Below the pieces are notes generated by a model that saw nothing but the letters and a program-made list of their open reading frames with translations, did not search any database and was not told where the DNA came from. From Candidatus Heimdallarchaeota archaeon (GTDB taxonomy: Archaea > Asgardarchaeota > Heimdallarchaeia > JABLTI01), in NCBI GenBank assembly GCA_030614005.1, contig JAUWKS010000001.1:90001-122000 (forward strand): a stretch of DNA of 32,000 bases. The letters are read 5' to 3'. The position numbers and the translations under genes are program-made. Shown in pieces: positions 26,640 through 32,000 of this stretch. How positions within the stretch are numbered: position 1 is the stretch's first letter; each line of letters opens with the position of its first letter.

Positions 26640-27752
26640 TTACACAAACAAGTTTTCCCATCCCATCATTGCAAAGATTACAATTAAAGGAATGATAATA
26701 AAAGCTAATAATCCCAAGGTATTTAGAACGTATCCTATTTTTCCTGTTAGTGATTTCGAGCTTAGAGCACCAAATCCAACACCAATAATTAGAAATGAAA
26801 AATTGATTGTATAAAGAATTGGTGTGTAATTAGTAAGTGATAATAAAATAAGACCATAAATCATGATCACAGAAATACCAAGAACGGCAGATATAGCACT
26901 AAGGGTTAGTTGAACATTCTTTCTTAATCCTTCAGTGTTTTTATTCATTAAAATAATTAGTCTGATAGAATCACTAACACACCACCAGATTAGAAGTAAA
27001 GCTAACCCGAGTCCAAAAATGGCTATGAACGTTACAGCATATTGGATATTAATCATTAAGATAATCGGGGAAAGCCAAGCAACTAAATAAAATAGAATAA
27101 AAATAATCACTCTTGGATTATTTGCTGAATCAATATTGTTTGGTCCTTTTGGTGAAAGTATCCATTGATAGAAATCCTCTTCAAAAGTAAGTAGAGATAT
27201 TTGTAAAAGAATATTTATCCAGAAATAAATCCCAAATATTGTTGTTGGAGTTGTATCAACGTGAATTAATCCAAACCAGGGGATAGAATTATTGTATTCA
27301 TTAACAAGAATACTAGAAATTATTGGTACTAAATAGATCGCCCAATTGAAGAAAATAAGTAATCTTGTTTTTTTGTAACCCTTAACCAAGAATGTTAAAC
27401 CAGATATTGCAAAACTAATCATTGCAATTGGTACCAAAAAGTAAAAGCCAAGTTTGTATTCGATTATTGGTTTTATCCATATACCAGGTAAAGCCTCTTC
27501 TGTAAAGATCAATCGTATGAAAAAGTTCTCCAAGTAAATCTCTTGGGTGCAAGATTCGCTAGAAACTTCTGTTGGATCAACAAATGAGAATATTAACCAA
27601 GTAAAAATTGCTACTGAGATAGCACTTAGAATAATTGAAATCACTAAACCATAAGGAAAAATCTTTTTTTCAACTATAATGTCAGTTGTTCTACTCTCTT
27701 CATTAGTAATAATCGACTCAGGCACAATAATCCCCTTTGATTTTTCTTCCAC
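26640..27752 (-). CDS. Hypothetical polytopic membrane protein
   Basis: 370-aa ORF, GTG start, about 9 hydrophobic segments; no family recognised. Confidence 0.8.
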   Translation of the reverse strand: MEEKSKGIIVPESIITNEESRTTDIIVEKKIFPYGLVISIILSAISVAIFTWLIFSFVDPTEVSSESCTQEIYLENFFIRLIFTEEALPGIWIKPIIEYKLGFYFLVPIAMISFAISGLTFLVKGYKKTRLLIFFNWAIYLVPIISSILVNEYNNSIPWFGLIHVDTTPTTIFGIYFWINILLQISLLTFEEDFYQWILSPKGPNNIDSANNPRVIIFILFYLVAWLSPIILMINIQYAVTFIAIFGLGLALLLIWWCVSDSIRLIILMNKNTEGLRKNVQLTLSAISAVLGISVIMIYGLILLSLTNYTPILYTINFSFLIIGVGFGALSSKSLTGKIGYVLNTLGLLAFIIIPLIVIFAMMGWENLFV

Positions 27753-27825
27753 AATTAATAAAAAGATTATCTAACATTTATGATTATTCATAACGATATT
27801 TGAATAAACTTTAGAGGTATAATCT

Positions 27826-28176
27826 GTGAGTATTCCCAACCAAGAACAAAAATTTGAATTAGATGAAATAGGTGAAAAAGAGAGAATAGCTAAAACTAAA
27901 TCTCTAAGTAATTTTTCCTTTTATTTTGGTTTTATTTCATTACTGTTATTTTCTTGGTTGTTTCAGCTCATCATTTGGGAAGTTCTCGAAATTATTGGTT
28001 ATAGATTCATTTTGTACTTAATTGCAGCAATAGCATTTCCACTAGGAGGCTTGGTTTGCGGTGTGCTTACAAGAAAAACAAAGAAAGGATTAATTGGTTT
28101 AATAGTAAACTCAATTATTATTCTCTCATTCATCGGCAGCTCTATTGTATTGTTAATAGTTACAACTATTAATTAG
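27826..28176 (+). CDS. Small 3-TM membrane protein (weakly DUF4190-like)
   Basis: GTG start with GAGGT RBS; SFYFGFISLL...LGGLVCG...GLIGLIVN. Confidence 0.7.
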   Translation: MSIPNQEQKFELDEIGEKERIAKTKSLSNFSFYFGFISLLLFSWLFQLIIWEVLEIIGYRFILYLIAAIAFPLGGLVCGVLTRKTKKGLIGLIVNSIIILSFIGSSIVLLIVTTIN

Positions 28177-28301
28177 CTATTAACCAATTTAGTAAAATTA
28201 ACCGACAAAAATATTTTTTCATTTAAATGTGGAAAATAATTAAATGCTTGATATAAAGATAGTATAATTTAGATTAAAGTAAAGATAAAAAGGTGTTTTT
28301 A

Positions 28302-29672
28302 ATGAAAAGTAAATTTTATGCACTAAATTTCATTATTATATTTTCTATACTAAATTTTGGTATAATAACCCAATTTAATCAATTACCTACAGTTAAAGCT
28401 GAAATGGTAATCAGTGAAAAATGGAGTTATGCTGTTGGAGCTGGGATATATTCAAATCCACAAGTTGATGATTTAGAGGATGATGGCAACCTAGAAATTG
28501 TTTTCACTTCTCTTGATAGCAATGTCTATTGTCTGAATGCAAGTGGTATCAAACTGTGGAATTATTCAGCAACTGCGTCTGCTGAACCTACACCCTTGAT
28601 AGCTGATCTTGATAATGATGGATACAAAGAAGTCATTTTTACATCCTTAGATCACAATGCTTACTGCATCACCTATGATGGAAACTTATATTGGAGTTAT
28701 GATACTGGAACAGCTATTGTTAGCTACCCCTCTGCAGCTGATCTAGATGACGATGGTACTTTGGAAGTTTTATTCGGTTGTTTAGATAATAATCTCTATT
28801 GTATCTCTGATACTGGTGTTAAAGAATGGGATTATTTAACAGGTGGCACTGTCTATTCCAGTCCTTTACCTGTTGATATAGATGATGATAATATAGAAGA
28901 GATTCTATTTGCATCAAATGATGGAAATTTCTATTGTTTAGATAATTCTGGTTCTTATCTTTGGGACTATACTCTAGGAGATGGAGCAGGATTTAAAGCT
29001 GCTGCCGCTGATATCGATAATGATAATACGATTGAAGTTATAGTTGGAAGCTACGGCGGAACATTGTCTGCTTATAGAGATCCTGGTATACGTGAATGGC
29101 TTTTCTTTCCGGGTGGTTCATTAAGAGAACCTCTTATTACTGATTTGGACTCCGATGGTAATTTAGAAATTATTATCTCATCCCACAATGGTTTTCTCTA
29201 CTGCTTTAATGGTACGGGGGGTCTTCTTTGGAATGCATATGTTGGTGGTGGTTTAGGTCATCCTTCTGTGAAGGATTTAGACGGGGATAATCACAAGGAA
29301 ATACTCATAGGTGCTTATGATCAACACCTCTATTGTTTTGACTTTCAAGGAAATCAGCTTTGGAAATACGCTTTCAGTGGTGATATATTTGGCAGACCAG
29401 TTGCTGTCAATTTAGATGCTGATAGTGAGTATGAAATAATAGTTCCTGTTGGACATCCTGAAAATACTCTTTACTGTTTAGATATTGCTATAACAACACC
29501 CACTTCACCAACACCAACGACATCTGGTGGTGGTCTTTTAGAAATTCCTTTTCTAGCTCAATGGGGATTATGGATAATAATTGGTTTGGGAGTTTTGTAT
29601 CTACTAACAGTAATTCTACTCTTAGTAATTAAGAAGAAAGGAAAACCAGCAAAAAAGAAAGGTAAAAAATAA
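28302..29672 (+). CDS. Cell-surface FG-GAP/PQQ-like beta-propeller protein with C-terminal TM anchor
   Basis: ORF track starts at 28293; ATG 28302 follows AAGGTG. Signal peptide, eight ~41-aa repeats (ADLDxDGxxEIxFxSxDxxxYCxxxxGxxxWxY), Thr/Pro linker, TM and KKKGKPAKKKGKK tail. Confidence 0.92.
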   Translation: MKSKFYALNFIIIFSILNFGIITQFNQLPTVKAEMVISEKWSYAVGAGIYSNPQVDDLEDDGNLEIVFTSLDSNVYCLNASGIKLWNYSATASAEPTPLIADLDNDGYKEVIFTSLDHNAYCITYDGNLYWSYDTGTAIVSYPSAADLDDDGTLEVLFGCLDNNLYCISDTGVKEWDYLTGGTVYSSPLPVDIDDDNIEEILFASNDGNFYCLDNSGSYLWDYTLGDGAGFKAAAADIDNDNTIEVIVGSYGGTLSAYRDPGIREWLFFPGGSLREPLITDLDSDGNLEIIISSHNGFLYCFNGTGGLLWNAYVGGGLGHPSVKDLDGDNHKEILIGAYDQHLYCFDFQGNQLWKYAFSGDIFGRPVAVNLDADSEYEIIVPVGHPENTLYCLDIAITTPTSPTPTTSGGGLLEIPFLAQWGLWIIIGLGVLYLLTVILLLVIKKKGKPAKKKGKK

Positions 29673-29687
29673 TTAACAATACTTATT

Positions 29688-29715
29688 GAAAGTTTAGCTT
29701 AAAAGCTAAGCTTTC
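29688..29715. terminator. Hairpin between convergent genes (possible bidirectional terminator)
   Basis: gaaagtttagctt / aa / aagctaagctttc: 13-bp inverted repeat with one G-U pair. Confidence 0.55.
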
Positions 29716-29756
29716 GATTTTCTTATTTCCCCAATCTATTCTAAAGAATTGGTGTT

Positions 29757-29936
29757 TTACCTCTTTTTTCCTTTCAGAGAAAATATCATTGGAATGTTGA
29801 AAAGTTCGTTTTGAAAATACCAATACCCATCTTCTCTCTTTTTCATATCCGGATGAAAGTTGAAGAAACAGAAAGGATACTCATGAACATATTCAATTTC
29901 AATGCCAACATCAATTAAGGAATTCAAAATCTCATT
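29757..29936 (-). pseudogene. 3'-terminal remnant of a class I SAM-dependent methyltransferase gene
   Basis: Minus-strand frame reads NEILNSLIDVGIEIEYVHEYPFCFFNFHPDMKKREDGYWYFQNELFNIPMIFSLKGKKR*. This matches the recalled C-terminal pattern EI.N.LI..GL.IE..HE.P......P.M....DG.W......IP..FSL.A.K. No 5' part is present. Confidence 0.7.
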
Positions 29937-30972
29937 TTAATCTCTCAAGAAGGTCTTTTTTATTGAGTTCAAATTCATGAACACAAGTAAATGGTTCATA
30001 TTTGAGAAGACGATTGATCCGTAGCATATGTTCATTACTACCAGCATTACCTGTTCTCCATAATTTAGCCTCAGTCTCAAATAACAATTTCTCAAGCATC
30101 TGATATTTGAGTGCTAATCCTAAACCATGACCTCTGTGGGCTCTTACTATTCCGGTATCACCTTGTCTTACAAGTGTAGGTTGATATTCACTAATGTAGG
30201 AGTTAGTCAATCCAATAGGATCTCCTGATTCCTTGTGTATAGCCACAAAAGTCATTACGTAATCTCCCGTAAGATACCTTCTCTGATTCATTTTTTGAAC
30301 TCTCTCAACTGACAATTTATAATCTTCAAAGGTAAGTTCTTCTCGAGGCATGTCATTCCATATTTCTTCCAGCATTTCAGCATATTTCTGAAAATCAATA
30401 TGTAAAATATGCTCGAGAGCATCAATATAGATTATTTCATATCCTTTCTCATTGGCTTTTTCTCTTTGTGCTTTTGCTTCTTTTTTAACTTCATCTTGAT
30501 TGAATTTTGTTAAATCTGAAATACTGAGTGTTTCTTTATATCCCTCCTTCACTCCTAAAGATTCAATGAAGCGAAGTCCATCTGTATCTTCGAAGGTTTC
30601 AATATATAATCCTGTAATTTGATCTGGAAGATTTTCAATTGATTTAATGAATAATTGAGTACCAAATCCTTTTCTTCGATATTTTCTCGCAATATGAACC
30701 CAAACATATCCCTTATCCAAATTATCATAATTAATATTCCAAGAACATTGACCATATCCAATAACTTCGTCTTCAGAATTAATAGCTAGTAAATAGCTGA
30801 CTTTTTCTTCAGAAGACGAACCTAAAACCCAAACTCTTTTAAAATACCCTATTGAAGGAGGTTTAATTTTTAATATCTCTTGATTATTTATTTGCATTAG
30901 CTTGAATAATTGTTCTAGATATTTCTTTGGAATTTCTTCTTTTGCTTTGGATATGATAGTTATTTGAGACAT
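29932..30972 (-). CDS. Tandem (two-domain) GNAT acetyltransferase
   Basis: Domain 1 VHIARKYRRKGFGTQL; domain 2 QGDTGIVRAHRGHGLGLALK...TGNAGSNEHMLRINRLLKY. Confidence 0.9.
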   Translation of the reverse strand: MSQITIISKAKEEIPKKYLEQLFKLMQINNQEILKIKPPSIGYFKRVWVLGSSSEEKVSYLLAINSEDEVIGYGQCSWNINYDNLDKGYVWVHIARKYRRKGFGTQLFIKSIENLPDQITGLYIETFEDTDGLRFIESLGVKEGYKETLSISDLTKFNQDEVKKEAKAQREKANEKGYEIIYIDALEHILHIDFQKYAEMLEEIWNDMPREELTFEDYKLSVERVQKMNQRRYLTGDYVMTFVAIHKESGDPIGLTNSYISEYQPTLVRQGDTGIVRAHRGHGLGLALKYQMLEKLLFETEAKLWRTGNAGSNEHMLRINRLLKYEPFTCVHEFELNKKDLLERLK

Positions 30973-31072
30973 TATATATCACTGATATTCATTACAAAAT
31001 AATCCATTTTTATTGTCTTTGATTATTTTGTTTACTACCTAAAAAAATAGTAATTATAAAGGATAGGTGTGA

Positions 31073-31123
31073 ATGAAAACTAATAAAAGAATCATTTATC
31101 GTCAAAAAATTTTTGACAGATAA
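31073..31123 (+). other. 16-codon ORF with RBS, in frame with the downstream gene
   Basis: AGGTG RBS, then ATG 31073, MKTNKRIIYRQKIFDR, TAA 31121-31123; same frame as ATG 31157. Confidence 0.4.
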
Positions 31124-31156
31124 CTTTTTTTACGATTATTCCTCAAATATGCTATT

Positions 31157-32000
31157 ATGTCCGACAGAATAATTTCCTTTGATATTCTTCGGGGATGGGC
31201 AATATTAGGAAATTTAATGATTCATACTTTTATGTTGGTTTCACAAATTGAAGGCATTGCGGAAACTGACCCAGCAAATTTACCTTGGTATGGTTTCATT
31301 TTCATGTCATTAGTTATTGTTTTTGGACATTGGCGTGGATTGTTTCTGCTAATTAGTGCAGCAATTCATATGTATATGATGCAAAAGAAATTCAAAAGTG
31401 GACTTTCTAGAGAAGTGATTCTGTTCCAAGAGATATTGAAAGGAATTGTTCTTTGGATTTGGGCAATGTTTTTCTATGTCTTCTTAGCTCAATGGCAAAT
31501 ATCAAAAAGTTGGGTTGAACAACAACCAATTCATCTTGAATGGCGTAAAATTTACCACGCAGATCAATTTGCAAACATTGCTTTTGCCATTATTCTTTCA
31601 GCGATAATATTCTATATTCTCTCCTCAAGTGAAAAGTTAAGAAAACCAGTAGTGAGTTCAATTGTTTTTGGATTGGTAGGATTAGCTTTTATTTTCCCTG
31701 CACAAGCAATTTATCAAGCGGCAAATAATTTCTGGGGTATTGATTTCCACAATGAACTTGGAGTTATTCCTGAATATTTACAAAATATTGGCGATAAAGG
31801 TTGGTGGGATTATATTGTTAGATTTTTTGCTAATCAAGCGACTGGAAGAGAGTCTCCCTTATTCCCGCACTTTGCTTATAGCGCTGTAGGATCCATATTT
31901 GGCATTTTTCTATCTCAAGGTATTCCTAATAAAAAGAAATTTCTCTCATGGGGTTTCGGTTTTGCTGGTTTTTGTATGGTTTTCTCAGTATTTTGGCTCT
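31157..32000 (+). CDS. DUF1624 / heparan-alpha-glucosaminide N-acetyltransferase-like membrane acyltransferase (partial, runs off window end)
   Basis: Not in the ORF track; translated by hand and open to position 32000. MSDRIISFDILRGWAILGNLMIH (R..S.D..RG.A motif), GLFLLISA, multiple TMs, SPLFPHFAYSAVGSIFG. Confidence 0.85.
   Translation, partial: MSDRIISFDILRGWAILGNLMIHTFMLVSQIEGIAETDPANLPWYGFIFMSLVIVFGHWRGLFLLISAAIHMYMMQKKFKSGLSREVILFQEILKGIVLWIWAMFFYVFLAQWQISKSWVEQQPIHLEWRKIYHADQFANIAFAIILSAIIFYILSSSEKLRKPVVSSIVFGLVGLAFIFPAQAIYQAANNFWGIDFHNELGVIPEYLQNIGDKGWWDYIVRFFANQATGRESPLFPHFAYSAVGSIFGIFLSQGIPNKKKFLSWGFGFAGFCMVFSVFWL

Noticed and set aside
19600-30761. Track ORFs 19600..19815, 21177..21416, 22263..22496, 23589..23789, 25735..25923, 26068..26310, 30555..30761
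   Set aside because: Nested or antisense to longer genes with recognisable motifs.
1-32000. CRISPR array, tRNA/rRNA, IS element or provirus
   Set aside because: No regularly spaced short repeats, cloverleaf or rRNA-like GC-rich tracts, transposase, integrase or viral structural genes were recognised by eye; tRNAscan and CRISPR finders were not run.

Overview
AT-rich (roughly 30% GC, estimated by eye), gene-dense prokaryotic window with no rRNA, tRNA, CRISPR array, transposase or integrase that I can recognise. GGTGA/AGGAG ribosome-binding sites, frequent TTG/GTG starts, TATA-like boxes, a double Lrp/AsnC regulator and several secreted proteins with C-terminal TM plus basic tails suggest an archaeon, most likely an Asgard (Heimdallarchaeia-like) lineage; the taxonomy is inference only. 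Content: (i) a tandem cassette of a NosD-like beta-helix protein translationally coupled to a 3-TM protein; (ii) cell-surface or secreted proteins (Ig-Ig-metacaspase, S8 subtilase, degenerate Zn-phospholipase-C-like protein, 8-bladed FG-GAP/PQQ propeller); (iii) enzymes and transport (stand-alone E2-type acyltransferase, cellulose-synthase-like GT2, MalY/PatB, SAM methyltransferase, two GNATs, CBM9-like protein, MFS, galactokinase-family kinase, CPBP protease, DUF1624/HGSNAT-like protein); (iv) a convergent pair of a ThsB/DUF1863-like TIR gene and a small pore-type membrane gene, the best candidate for an undescribed defence module; (v) several disrupted or remnant genes missed by the ORF track.
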